Below, piece by piece: positions 47,241 through 56,461 of a DNA stretch of 64,000 nt; the stretch's first letter is position 1, and each line of letters starts with the position of its first letter. Below the pieces are notes generated by a model. The model saw only the letters and a list, made by a program, of their open reading frames with translations, had not been told where the DNA came from and did not search any database. This stretch comes from Eubacteriales bacterium (GTDB taxonomy: Bacteria > Bacillota > Clostridia > Oscillospirales > CAG-382), in contig JAZNZY010000003.1 of NCBI GenBank assembly GCA_045595165.1, forward strand, positions 1,374 through 65,373. The letters run 5' to 3'. A program made the position numbers and the translations under genes.

Positions 47241-49718
47241 TCATTTTTTGTTTTTTATTATCTTAAATATTTCACATACGGGGATAGGAGCGAAGGATAG
47301 TACTGCCACCGTTATCCATTCATAAATATTTAAACTTGCCGCTCCGAAAAGCGCCGCCGCGGGAGGAAACAGCATTATTCCCGCCTGCAAAGCCATACAA
47401 AGCATTACACTTAACAAAAGAGGCGTATTACTTGGAATGTTTCTTTTAAAAAACGGCTTTTCCGAACGCATATTGAAGGTGTGGAAAAGCTGTGAGAACG
47501 AGAGCACTCCAAAGCACATTGTACTTGCTATCTGTGTATCACCCGTTTTTAGTCCCAGCAAAAAGGCGGTGAGGGACATACAGCCCACCAAAATTCCTTC
47601 GGCGATGATCTTTATTCCCAGCCCCTCCGCAAAAAGACTTTGGTCCTTCGGCATAGGCTTCCGCTCCATAACGCTGTTATGTACTTTTTCCATACCCAGC
47701 GCCACGGCGGGAAGGGAATCCGTTACAAGATTTACCCACAAAAGCTGTATTGCGGAAAGGGGAGAGGGCAGGGACATTACCAGCGCGGCAAAAACGGTTA
47801 TTATCTCTCCTATATTGCAAGAGAGCAAAAAACGCACAGCTCTGCGTATATTGTCGTAAATGCTCCTACCGTATCTTACTGCTTCTATAATAGTCGAAAA
47901 ATTGTCATCTGTCAAGATAATATCTGCGGCTTCTTTTGCAACGTCTGTGCCGCCTTTTCCCATAGCACAGCCTATATCGGATTTTTTTAATGCGGGGGCA
48001 TCGTTTACTCCGTCCCCGGTCATCGCCACCACTTGGTTGCCGTACTTATACGCCTCTACTATCTTTACCTTGAATTCGGGGGTGGTTCTCGCAAAAACCG
48101 TACAGTTTTTAATAGCCTTTGCAAGGGAAGGCGTATCCAGACCGATTATTTCCCCTTGTGTCAGCACCGTGTCCCCCTCGCGGAGTATGCCTATATTCTT
48201 TGCCACCGCCGCCGCAGTTGCGGGGTGGTCGCCGGTTATCATAACGGGCTTGATTCCCGCTTTTCTGCATTTTCTCACAGCCTCCTTTACTTCGGGACGG
48301 GGCGGGTCCTCCATACCGCATACACCGCAGGGAATGAATTTGCAGTTTTCCATATCCGACGGTAAGGACGGCAAATAACAATAGGAAAAAGCAATAACAC
48401 GCTTTCCGTCAAGTGCCATTATGGAAGCGCGGCTTGCAAGTTCGGATTGCGGGCTTAAAACCTTTTCGGGCGCGCCTTTTTTTATGGCAAGGTATCCATT
48501 TTTATCTTTGTGCAGGGTGACCATATATTTTTTATCCGAATCAAATGGGATCTCTTTTATACGGGTGTATTCTGCCGTTTTTGCGTTTTTCTCCTTTCCC
48601 CATTCAAAAAGTGCGTTTTCTGTGGGTGATTCTCTGTCGTTGCAAATCAGGGCAAAAACCGCGGTTCTTTCCTCGTCGCCGTAAAAGGCGGTTACTGTCA
48701 TTTTGTTTTGAGTAAGGGTTCCCGTTTTGTCCGAGCAGATCACCGCGGCCGTACCCAGAGTTTCCACAGCGGGCAGACGTTTTACCACTGCCCTTTTTTC
48801 AGCCATCTGCTTAACTCCGATAGACAGAATTATGGTCACTATAGCGGGCAAACCTTCGGGGATAGCCGCTACCGCAAGGGAAACCGATGTCAAAAACATA
48901 TCCTTTACGGGCATACCCCGTATAAGTGAGATTACGAATATCACACCGCATATAACCAAAGCGATATTGCCCAATATACCGCTTGTTTTGCCCAACCTTA
49001 CCTGCAAGGGAGTTTTTTTGTTTTCATTTTCTTCCAGCATACCTGCAATACTTCCCATATAGCTGTCCATTCCCGTGGCGGTTACAATAGCCTTTCCGTT
49101 TCCGCCGCACACCGTAGTGCCGGAATATACCATATTTTTTATTTCCGAAGGGTGGGCGTTTTCAGGTGACGGGGAACAGCTTTTTTCCACGGGCATACTT
49201 TCACCCGTAATGGCGGATTCGTCGGTCATCAGCCCCGTTTGCTCAAAAATATACCCGTCCGCAGGGATAAGACACCCTTTTTTGAGTACGAGTATATCTC
49301 CCTTTACAATATCTTCGGAAGAAATTTCCGTTTCCTTTCCGTCCCGTATTACCGTTGAGTGAGGGGATGTCATTTTGCTTAGTGCTTCCAACGCTTTTTC
49401 TGCCTTACTTTCCTGAATTACTCCCAAAACACCGTTGAGTACGACTATCGCGAGGATGATTACGGTATCCGCCTTGCTTTCACCGCTTATAACCGCCGCG
49501 GCAAAGCTTATAATTGCGGCGATGAGGAGTATTACCGTCATTCTGTCGCAAAGAGAAAGCAAAAGCTTTTTAAAAAAAGACGCTTTCTTTTTGGATTTAA
49601 GTAGATTTTTTCCATCTTTTTTCAAGCGGGTTTCCGCTTCGTCGGAGGACAGCCCGCGGTTAAGGGAAACTCCATATGCTTTTGCGGCTTGGTTTTTGGT
49701 AAATGTATGGGGCTTCAA
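47241..49718 (-). CDS. P-type II cation (Ca2+)-transporting ATPase
   Basis: TGES, AIPEGL, DKTGTLT, KGAPE, TGD, GDGVNDAPAL; TTG start overlapping the upstream stop. Confidence 0.93.
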   Translation of the reverse strand: MKPHTFTKNQAAKAYGVSLNRGLSSDEAETRLKKDGKNLLKSKKKASFFKKLLLSLCDRMTVILLIAAIISFAAAVISGESKADTVIILAIVVLNGVLGVIQESKAEKALEALSKMTSPHSTVIRDGKETEISSEDIVKGDILVLKKGCLIPADGYIFEQTGLMTDESAITGESMPVEKSCSPSPENAHPSEIKNMVYSGTTVCGGNGKAIVTATGMDSYMGSIAGMLEENENKKTPLQVRLGKTSGILGNIALVICGVIFVISLIRGMPVKDMFLTSVSLAVAAIPEGLPAIVTIILSIGVKQMAEKRAVVKRLPAVETLGTAAVICSDKTGTLTQNKMTVTAFYGDEERTAVFALICNDRESPTENALFEWGKEKNAKTAEYTRIKEIPFDSDKKYMVTLHKDKNGYLAIKKGAPEKVLSPQSELASRASIMALDGKRVIAFSYCYLPSLPSDMENCKFIPCGVCGMEDPPRPEVKEAVRKCRKAGIKPVMITGDHPATAAAVAKNIGILREGDTVLTQGEIIGLDTPSLAKAIKNCTVFARTTPEFKVKIVEAYKYGNQVVAMTGDGVNDAPALKKSDIGCAMGKGGTDVAKEAADIILTDDNFSTIIEAVRYGRSIYDNIRRAVRFLLSCNIGEIITVFAALVMSLPSPLSAIQLLWVNLVTDSLPAVALGMEKVHNSVMERKPMPKDQSLFAEGLGIKIIAEGILVGCMSLTAFLLGLKTGDTQIASTMCFGVLSFSQLFHTFNMRSEKPFFKRNIPSNTPLLLSVMLCMALQAGIMLFPPAAALFGAASLNIYEWITVAVLSFAPIPVCEIFKIIKNKK

Positions 49719-50962
49719 AACAGTATTTCCTTTCTTTTTTTGATCAAAGCGTATAAATTGGGAAACAGCATAAGCGCGTTGAATATGTCCGCGGCGCTCC
49801 AAATACTGTCCGCATCCTGAACGCATCCGAAAAATGCTGATAATATCACCAAAAATCTGTATATGGCAACGAGAATTCTTTTGCTTTTGCAGATGTGTCC
49901 GATCAGGCTTTCGCTGTAAAAGCACCAGCTTATAACGGCGGAATACGCAAATATCCCCACCGTCGCCGCAAGCATAATTCCTCCTGCGCTTCCGAAGCAG
50001 ACAAAAAACATTTCTTCCGCGCTCTCGCTTTTGGTTGTCAGCAAAGCCAAAGCGGTGATAGTGCTTACGGCAAAGGTATCCACAAAAACCTCAATAATTC
50101 CAAAGCACGCGGCACCTTGGGGAGTTGTGTCCGCCGCCGCGTGGGCGATAGGAGATGAGCCCATACCCGCTTCGTGAGAGAAAACGCCCTTGGACACCCC
50201 CGTACGTAGGGCTACGGATATGGCGGTGCCCGTAAACCCCGCCCCCATTTCCGAAAATCCGAAGGCGGATGTAAATATTTTAAAAAATGCCTGCGGTATC
50301 TCCTTTGCGTTGTAAACCGTTATTCCCAAAGCGGCGGCAATAAACAAAATTGCCGCAAGGGGAACCAGCATTCCGTTTACACGGGCAATAAGCTTTTGTC
50401 CGCCAAGAACTGCGGGAATAAGCAGCAATGCGAATACTATTCCAACGGTATATTTGTTTGCACCTGCTTCTGCGGCGGCGGAAGAAAATGCGTTTGCTTG
50501 TGCCAGATTTCCGCTTCCGAAGGATGCGAGTATTCCCGTTACGGCAAAAAACACCGCGGTTTTTCTTTTTCCCATAGCGGCAAGAACGGTAGCGGCGCTT
50601 CCCTGTACTCCTTGCTTTCTGCATTCCTTTACCGTAATATAATTTTCCGCATATTTCAGCATCATACAGAAAAAGGAGCTTATCCACATCCACAGCAGCG
50701 CGCCTGCGCCGCCTTGAGTAATAGCGTATGCCACACCCGTAATGCTTCCCACACCTACCGTTCCGCCCAATGCGGTCATCAACCCGCGGACAGGAGATAT
50801 TTCCGTGTTACCGTCGCTTTCCTTTACGCTCTTTATTATTTTCCCAAGGCATCTTATTGGGAAAAATCTGCTTTTGAACGTAAAATACATTCCCGTGCCC
50901 ATAAGAAGGACCATTGTGGGAAAAGACCATAAAGCGTTTTTAATAAGGTTAAGCAAAAACAT
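49715..50962 (-). CDS. Sodium:alanine/glycine symporter (AGCS family)
   Basis: GGTVGVG.I.GV..AI..GG.GA..WMW, GVFSHEAGMGS. Confidence 0.9.
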   Translation of the reverse strand: MFLLNLIKNALWSFPTMVLLMGTGMYFTFKSRFFPIRCLGKIIKSVKESDGNTEISPVRGLMTALGGTVGVGSITGVAYAITQGGAGALLWMWISSFFCMMLKYAENYITVKECRKQGVQGSAATVLAAMGKRKTAVFFAVTGILASFGSGNLAQANAFSSAAAEAGANKYTVGIVFALLLIPAVLGGQKLIARVNGMLVPLAAILFIAAALGITVYNAKEIPQAFFKIFTSAFGFSEMGAGFTGTAISVALRTGVSKGVFSHEAGMGSSPIAHAAADTTPQGAACFGIIEVFVDTFAVSTITALALLTTKSESAEEMFFVCFGSAGGIMLAATVGIFAYSAVISWCFYSESLIGHICKSKRILVAIYRFLVILSAFFGCVQDADSIWSAADIFNALMLFPNLYALIKKRKEILF

Positions 50963-51046
50963 ACCTTCTTTTTTTGAAAAAGTGATTGCATATAGGGGAA
51001 AAGGGTGATAAAATATAATAAATATGTTTTTACGGAGGTAAACGAT

Positions 51047-51811
51047 TTGCGTACCGCAATAATAACGGGTGCTTCTGCCGGACTTGGAAAAGAATACGTC
51101 CTTGCAGTTGCGAAAAAATATACGGATATAAAGGAATTCTGGCTTATCGCCCGCAGAGTTGATCTGCTGGAGGAACTAAAAGCTATGCTTCCCGCGGATC
51201 TTTCCGTAAAAATATTGGATATGGACCTTAATGACAGAGCTTGCTTTTCACAGCTTTGCTCCTTGCTTGAGGAAGAAAAGCCCGAAGTAGGCTTGCTCAT
51301 AAACAATGCAGGATTCGGCAAGCTGGGATACGTTTGGGAGATAGATCCCAACGTACAGCGGGATATGATCGATCTTAATTGCGGCGCGCTTACCGCCGTT
51401 ACCTCTGCGGTGATCCCTTATATGCCAAAAGGGAGCGGAATACTGAACGTGTGCTCCATAGCATCCTTCGTGCCCAACACCAGAATGACGGTATATTCCT
51501 CCACCAAGGCGTACGTTATGTCATTTTCCAGAGCATTGCGTGAGGAATTAAAGCAAAAGCACATAAACGTGCTTGCCGTCTGCCCCGGACCGATGAGTAC
51601 GGAATTCTTATCCCGCGCTCATATTAGCAAAGGCGCATCAAAAACCTTTGATACTTTGCCGTATTGCAATCCCAAGGAGATAGCGGTAAAGAGTCTTAAC
51701 GCTCTTAAAAAGGGAAAAGCGGTATATACCAACAGATTTTTATATAAGCTTTACCGCGTGCTGGGCAAGCTTGTTCCCAAGGCGGTTATGATGAAATTTG
51801 CAAAATGCTGA
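51047..51811 (+). CDS. Short-chain dehydrogenase/reductase
   Basis: TGASAGLG, NNAG, YSSTK. Confidence 0.92.
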   Translation: MRTAIITGASAGLGKEYVLAVAKKYTDIKEFWLIARRVDLLEELKAMLPADLSVKILDMDLNDRACFSQLCSLLEEEKPEVGLLINNAGFGKLGYVWEIDPNVQRDMIDLNCGALTAVTSAVIPYMPKGSGILNVCSIASFVPNTRMTVYSSTKAYVMSFSRALREELKQKHINVLAVCPGPMSTEFLSRAHISKGASKTFDTLPYCNPKEIAVKSLNALKKGKAVYTNRFLYKLYRVLGKLVPKAVMMKFAKC

Positions 51812-51827
51812 AAGGAAATTTATTACT

Positions 51828-53213
51828 ATGAAGAATATAGCAAAGCAAGTAAGAGAGTTTATGGAAAGAGAGGATATAAAGCAGCAGTTCGAGCAGGATC
51901 TTGCATCCATTATATCCATTCCTTCCGTATCTGAAAAAGGGGAAGGGAAATACGTTTTCGGCGAAAATTGCGCTCGTGTTCTTGAAACCACTCTTGCCAT
52001 AGGTGAAAAATACGGCTTCAAGCCCGAAAACCACGAATACTACTGCGGTTCTCTTATATACGGTGAGGGAGAAAAGGAGATAGGTATCGTTTCCCATCTT
52101 GACGTTGTGCCCTGCGGCGGCGGTTGGAGCGTAGAGCCCTATGCACTTACCGTGAAGGACGGTCTGTATATCGGCAGAGGCACCGAGGACGATAAAGGTC
52201 CTATGCTTATTTCTATGTACGCTATCCGTTTTCTTATGGAAAAGGGGTATGATCTTCCCTTTGCTGTTCGTATGATACTCGGCTGTGATGAAGAGGTTGG
52301 CAGTACCGATCTCCGTCATTTTGCATCCGTAAGAAACGTGCCCGATTTTTCCTTCACGCCCGATAGCGGATTTCCCGTTTGCATAGGAGAAAAGGGGATT
52401 TTCTCCTTTGATATTCTGCTTGGCGAAAAGCCCGCAAACATACTTGAGATCGGCGGCGGTACTGCAAGCAATTCCGTGGCGGATTCCGCATATTGCGTTG
52501 TAAAGACCGACGTTGTTCCCGGAGAAAAAGACGGTATCACCGTTGCAAAGGAAGGCGACTCTATTCGTATTACCGCAACGGGAAAGGGAGCCCACGCCTC
52601 TCTGCCCGAAAACAGCTTAAGCGCAGTAAAGTTGCTTTGCGAATATCTTTTGGAAAACGGCATTGCCGATACCAAAGGACTGCGTTTTCTTGCCGAGGCT
52701 TGCTCCGAATACAAGGGTAAGACCTTCGGCATAGACAAAGAGGATAAGGACTTCGGATATCTTACCTGCATCTGCGGTCTGCTGGGCGAAAAAGAAGGCA
52801 AGCTTTGGGCAAACTTCAACGTCCGCTATATTCCCTCCGTTCCTTACGAGGAGATTATCGCAACTATCAAGAAAACTGCCGAGGATAACGGCTTTTCCGC
52901 ATACAGCGGCGGCTGCTCAGAGGGATATATAATGTCTTCCGATGATCCCCGTATTCAGGCGCTTACCGATTCCTGCCGTGATATTATCGAGGAGGACTGC
53001 TCTCCTTATACTATGGGCGGCGGCACTTACGCCAGATATATGAAAAACACCGTTGCCTTCGGCGCAACCATTTCCGCTTACCGCGGACTTTTGGGCGAGG
53101 GTAAGGGCGGCGCTCACGAGAGAGATGAATACATCTCCCGCGAGGAAGTCATCCGTGCGGCGCAGATATTCGTATTGTCTATTTTAAGACTCAAAAAGGT
53201 TTATTCGGGTTAA
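51828..53213 (+). CDS. M20 family dipeptidase (PepV/Sapep-like)
   Basis: SHLDVVP, GRGTEDDKGP, DEE, GEKG, GGGTYAR, AHERDE. Confidence 0.92.
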   Translation: MKNIAKQVREFMEREDIKQQFEQDLASIISIPSVSEKGEGKYVFGENCARVLETTLAIGEKYGFKPENHEYYCGSLIYGEGEKEIGIVSHLDVVPCGGGWSVEPYALTVKDGLYIGRGTEDDKGPMLISMYAIRFLMEKGYDLPFAVRMILGCDEEVGSTDLRHFASVRNVPDFSFTPDSGFPVCIGEKGIFSFDILLGEKPANILEIGGGTASNSVADSAYCVVKTDVVPGEKDGITVAKEGDSIRITATGKGAHASLPENSLSAVKLLCEYLLENGIADTKGLRFLAEACSEYKGKTFGIDKEDKDFGYLTCICGLLGEKEGKLWANFNVRYIPSVPYEEIIATIKKTAEDNGFSAYSGGCSEGYIMSSDDPRIQALTDSCRDIIEEDCSPYTMGGGTYARYMKNTVAFGATISAYRGLLGEGKGGAHERDEYISREEVIRAAQIFVLSILRLKKVYSG

Positions 53214-54381
53214 ATTTTATTTCCTGCCGCATAGCAATATTTTTGTTTATTACAACGTGTGCTTTTAACCGGTACACGTTGTTTTTTATACTTTCCTCCG
53301 TTTCGATGCTGACTATTTCACCGTCTGAAACCTTTTCCCACCAAAGCTGTAAGGCTTTATCTGCTTTTCTTTTAGCTTCTTCCTCGGTAATTTGGTATTC
53401 ACGGGTTACGTATTCCTTGTAAACCACTGTAGAGATCTTCACCGGCAGCTTCAGCCCGAAAATTTTAAGGTTTCTTTCTTCCGTAACCGCATCGCAGGAA
53501 GAAAAGGAAGATTCTTGGTTTGTATATAACCTTATAGGAAAGCCGATTATATATATTTCCCGCTTTACGTCTTCTTTTCCCGTGTATTCCTTGCCCGAAG
53601 CCGTTAACGAAATATCAAACACCTGTATTTCAGCCACATCGGCGTAAACGTATCCCTTGGAATTCACTATTTTATATGCACCGTATCTGTTTTCCACAAG
53701 CCCGTTTATGAGAAGCTGTCCTTGGGTAACCACATCGCCCACTTTTATCTCGGGGTGTCCTTCAGCCGCTACTACGTTGGTTATTATTCCGTCCCATCCT
53801 GCGACCAGATTACAGTATCCCTCTTCGGGAAAAACGGTTTCGGGCTTTGGCACCCGCTCAATAACGTCCACGGTTGCCACGGTTCCTTTCACGTTTATGG
53901 CAAGGGAGGAGAGGGGGGAATAATCAAGCAATATGTATTCGGCAGTGAGATCGGCATCCATATCGGGTATAAACGTACCTACCTTTACACCGTAGGATGC
54001 CAGCACCTTTGTAATTTCCTCTGCAGAAACGTTAACGTTGCCCGTAATGTTAATTTCCCATATAAATAAAGATGATATCAAAAGAAAAGCGGCACCAAGC
54101 AGGATTCCTGCGTATATGCCGTATCTTTTTCGGTAGCGGGATATCAAAAACGGCAATCCCCGCTGTTTTACGATTACAGCGTCTATTCCCAGTTCATGGG
54201 CGGTATCAATAAAGGCTTTGCAGGAAAACAGGCTTGCGTTTGCCGTTACCGTATCTCCATCTGCCAATGGGGAAAAGAAGAATATGTCTTTTTCCTTGCA
54301 TTTGTTCAGCAGCTTTGGTGCATCGTCTTTTGGAAAAGCGATGGTATAAGATCCAAAAAAATTACGTATTATTCGGTTCAT
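53191..54381 (-). CDS. yqfD: Sporulation protein YqfD
   Basis: GLPF..RYRKR, FIWEINITGN, NLVA..DGII, V..GQLLI.G. Confidence 0.88.
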   Translation of the reverse strand: MNRIIRNFFGSYTIAFPKDDAPKLLNKCKEKDIFFFSPLADGDTVTANASLFSCKAFIDTAHELGIDAVIVKQRGLPFLISRYRKRYGIYAGILLGAAFLLISSLFIWEINITGNVNVSAEEITKVLASYGVKVGTFIPDMDADLTAEYILLDYSPLSSLAINVKGTVATVDVIERVPKPETVFPEEGYCNLVAGWDGIITNVVAAEGHPEIKVGDVVTQGQLLINGLVENRYGAYKIVNSKGYVYADVAEIQVFDISLTASGKEYTGKEDVKREIYIIGFPIRLYTNQESSFSSCDAVTEERNLKIFGLKLPVKISTVVYKEYVTREYQITEEEAKRKADKALQLWWEKVSDGEIVSIETEESIKNNVYRLKAHVVINKNIAMRQEIKFNPNKPF

Positions 54382-54601
54382 ATTCCACACTCCGTATGTA
54401 ACCGTCGATTCCTATTTTCTCTCCGGATAAGTAATTCATTTTCAATCTTTTTCCCGTTACGGTTATTTTAAGGCTTTTTCCTGCCAGAACTATTTTTTCA
54501 TTTCCGTATACCAGCATTTTTCCGTATCCGTCTGCGGCAAGATAAGTATTGCCTCTTATTTCCAAAAACTCACCGAACAAGGTATCGGGTAATTTTTTCA
54601 T
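54362..54601 (-). CDS. yqfC: YabP/YqfC family sporulation protein
   Basis: Small ORF upstream of yqfD; ITVTG..L, I.G.I.SVEY. Confidence 0.75.
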   Translation of the reverse strand: MKKLPDTLFGEFLEIRGNTYLAADGYGKMLVYGNEKIVLAGKSLKITVTGKRLKMNYLSGEKIGIDGYIRSVEYEPNNT

Positions 54602-54647
54602 ATTTTTCCCGCCTTTCCGTATATATTATTATGGGAGTTGATGGTTT

Positions 54648-55538
54648 ATGAATAAAGCCGCACGCAGAGTTTGGATAAAAGCGGTAAATCTTATGTTCAT
54701 AGGCGTGTTTGCTTTTCTTTTGGTATACCCAAGCTATGTCAGCGTCGCTACAGCACGTGCTGTAACCTTTTGCCTTAAAAATATAATTCCCTCCCTTTTC
54801 ATTTATCTCGTGTTTTCCCGGCGTATAACAGCCATAACAGCAGTGACAAAGCTTTGCGCCAATCCATTGTGGGGAAGCGTTTTCACAGTATTGCTGGGCT
54901 TTCTCTGCGGATATCCCGCAGGGGCGAGAAATTGCGTGTGTCTGTACGAAAGCGGCGTTATTTCACGAAAAAGAGGGGAGTATCTGTGCTGTCTTTGCTC
55001 GGGCGCGTCTGTTGCGTTCGTCCTCGCTTTTGCAGGTGCATCGGTTATGGGAAGTGTAAAATACGGCTTAAAGCTTTTGGTATTCCAGTTCGCCGCCACA
55101 CTTGTCACAGCGGTTATCTTTTACCCGTTTATGCTGAAAAATGATGATAAAATAGTGCCCTGCGCTCAGAACACATACGTGCGAAATGTGGATTTTTCCT
55201 TGGCGGTATCCGAATCTGCTTTGCTTATGGTGCGGATCTGCGGATTCATCGTGTGTTTTTTTGTGTTGGGCGCTATCGTTTCCGACCTTTTTCCTGCGGA
55301 AAGTATGCGGTCCGTGTTGGTTAAAGGATTGTTTGAGTTTTCATCCGGAATAGCCGAAAGCGCATTCTTTTCCCTTCCCACCCGCGAGGTACTGTGCAGC
55401 TTGTTTCTGGGGTTCGGTTCACTTTCCGCAATATTTCAGACCGTGTCTGTAATAAAGGAAGTTTTTTCCGTAAAGCCGTTTATAATATCCCGCTTGGTTA
55501 TTGCTTCACTTATGGCCGTTTTCGCTTTGCTCACTTGA
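54648..55538 (+). CDS. ylbJ: Sporulation integral membrane protein YlbJ-like
   Basis: IIPSLF, LGFLCGYPAGA, ICGFI, LFEFSSG. Confidence 0.8.
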   Translation: MNKAARRVWIKAVNLMFIGVFAFLLVYPSYVSVATARAVTFCLKNIIPSLFIYLVFSRRITAITAVTKLCANPLWGSVFTVLLGFLCGYPAGARNCVCLYESGVISRKRGEYLCCLCSGASVAFVLAFAGASVMGSVKYGLKLLVFQFAATLVTAVIFYPFMLKNDDKIVPCAQNTYVRNVDFSLAVSESALLMVRICGFIVCFFVLGAIVSDLFPAESMRSVLVKGLFEFSSGIAESAFFSLPTREVLCSLFLGFGSLSAIFQTVSVIKEVFSVKPFIISRLVIASLMAVFALLT

Positions 55539-55563
55539 CAAAACATCTTTAAGGTCGTATAAT
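55535..55563 (+). promoter_or_regulatory. Perfect consensus sigma-A promoter
   Basis: TTGACA-17 nt-TATAAT. Confidence 0.85.
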
Positions 55564-55582
55564 AATCTGCGAGGTGAAAAAA

Positions 55583-55777
55583 ATGTCTGCTTCTGTCGAA
55601 AAACAATGCCTGAATTGTGTTCACTCCAACGGAGATTTTGATAAATGCTATTGTCTGTATAAGGGTGAGGTATCATTTTCAGCCAAGTGCCGTAAGTATA
55701 AATTGGATCTGCTAAAAATAAAACCCCGCCCTCCTATCAACCTTAATGCGGAAGATATAGTTATAGAACGAATATAA
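55583..55777 (+). CDS. Small Cys-rich hypothetical protein (64 aa)
   Basis: GAGGTG RBS; CxxC...CxC..KG.V.....CRKY. Confidence 0.75.
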   Translation: MSASVEKQCLNCVHSNGDFDKCYCLYKGEVSFSAKCRKYKLDLLKIKPRPPINLNAEDIVIERI

Positions 55778-55778
55778 A

Positions 55779-55960
55779 AAGCACCCCAAGAAAGGTTTTT
55801 AGGGGGAGTGTGGCGATTTGCAAATCGCCCGCAACAGACATAACAAATGCATTAAAAACGCTTTCTCGGGGGACCCCGCAAAAAGCACCCTAAGAAATTT
55901 GCAATTTCCCAATAACCCGATAATCACCCCAAGAAGCCTTGCGGCTTTTCTGGAACCCCG
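55779..55960 (+). repeat. Three tandem copies of the hairpin repeat family (long 55779-55878, degenerate short 55883-55919, short 55922-55960)
   Basis: AA(G/T)CACCC(C/T)AAGAA starts and ACCC(C)G ends; the long copy matches 46107-46204. Confidence 0.85.
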
Positions 55961-55965
55961 ATAAT

Positions 55966-55996
55966 AAAAAAGTGCTGTCGTTTTGACAGCACTTTT
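55966..55996. terminator. Bidirectional terminator
   Basis: AAAAGTGCTGTC-GTTTT-GACAGCACTTTT. Confidence 0.85.
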
Positions 55997-56002
55997 GTGT
56001 TT

Positions 56003-56458
56003 TTATTCTATTATTTCATAGCCCTGCTTTACATAGTGTTTATCCGAAAACTGCTCGTACAGACTTTGTATGCTTTCAAACTCAACGGTAAGGTTAAGCA
56101 CGCAGACCATACACGCACTCTCGTCGTTATCCACAAGGCTGTACAATTCCTTTACGGAATCAGCGTTATAATAATTCATAGCGTAGTCATGCTCACTTAA
56201 ATTACCGTAGAATTCGTAGGTGTATTCTTTTATAACACCGTCTTCGGTAACGTAAACCAGATACACGTCGCAATCCAGCGCTCGGTTATACGGTTTTTTG
56301 ACTACCAGCTTTTGCTCATCGGACATTCCCATTTCTTGCACGTACGCATCCATCGCTTCGTCATCACGAAGGATCTTGCTTCTGCCATCGTCTGCGATAC
56401 AGGATGGCAGCACAAGGAAAATCACGATAAGCGCAATAATAAACGCTCTGTACTTCAT
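56003..56458 (-). CDS. Hypothetical lipoprotein
   Basis: LPSC lipobox-like signal. Confidence 0.65.
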   Translation of the reverse strand: MKYRAFIIALIVIFLVLPSCIADDGRSKILRDDEAMDAYVQEMGMSDEQKLVVKKPYNRALDCDVYLVYVTEDGVIKEYTYEFYGNLSEHDYAMNYYNADSVKELYSLVDNDESACMVCVLNLTVEFESIQSLYEQFSDKHYVKQGYEIIE

Positions 56459-56461
56459 AGT

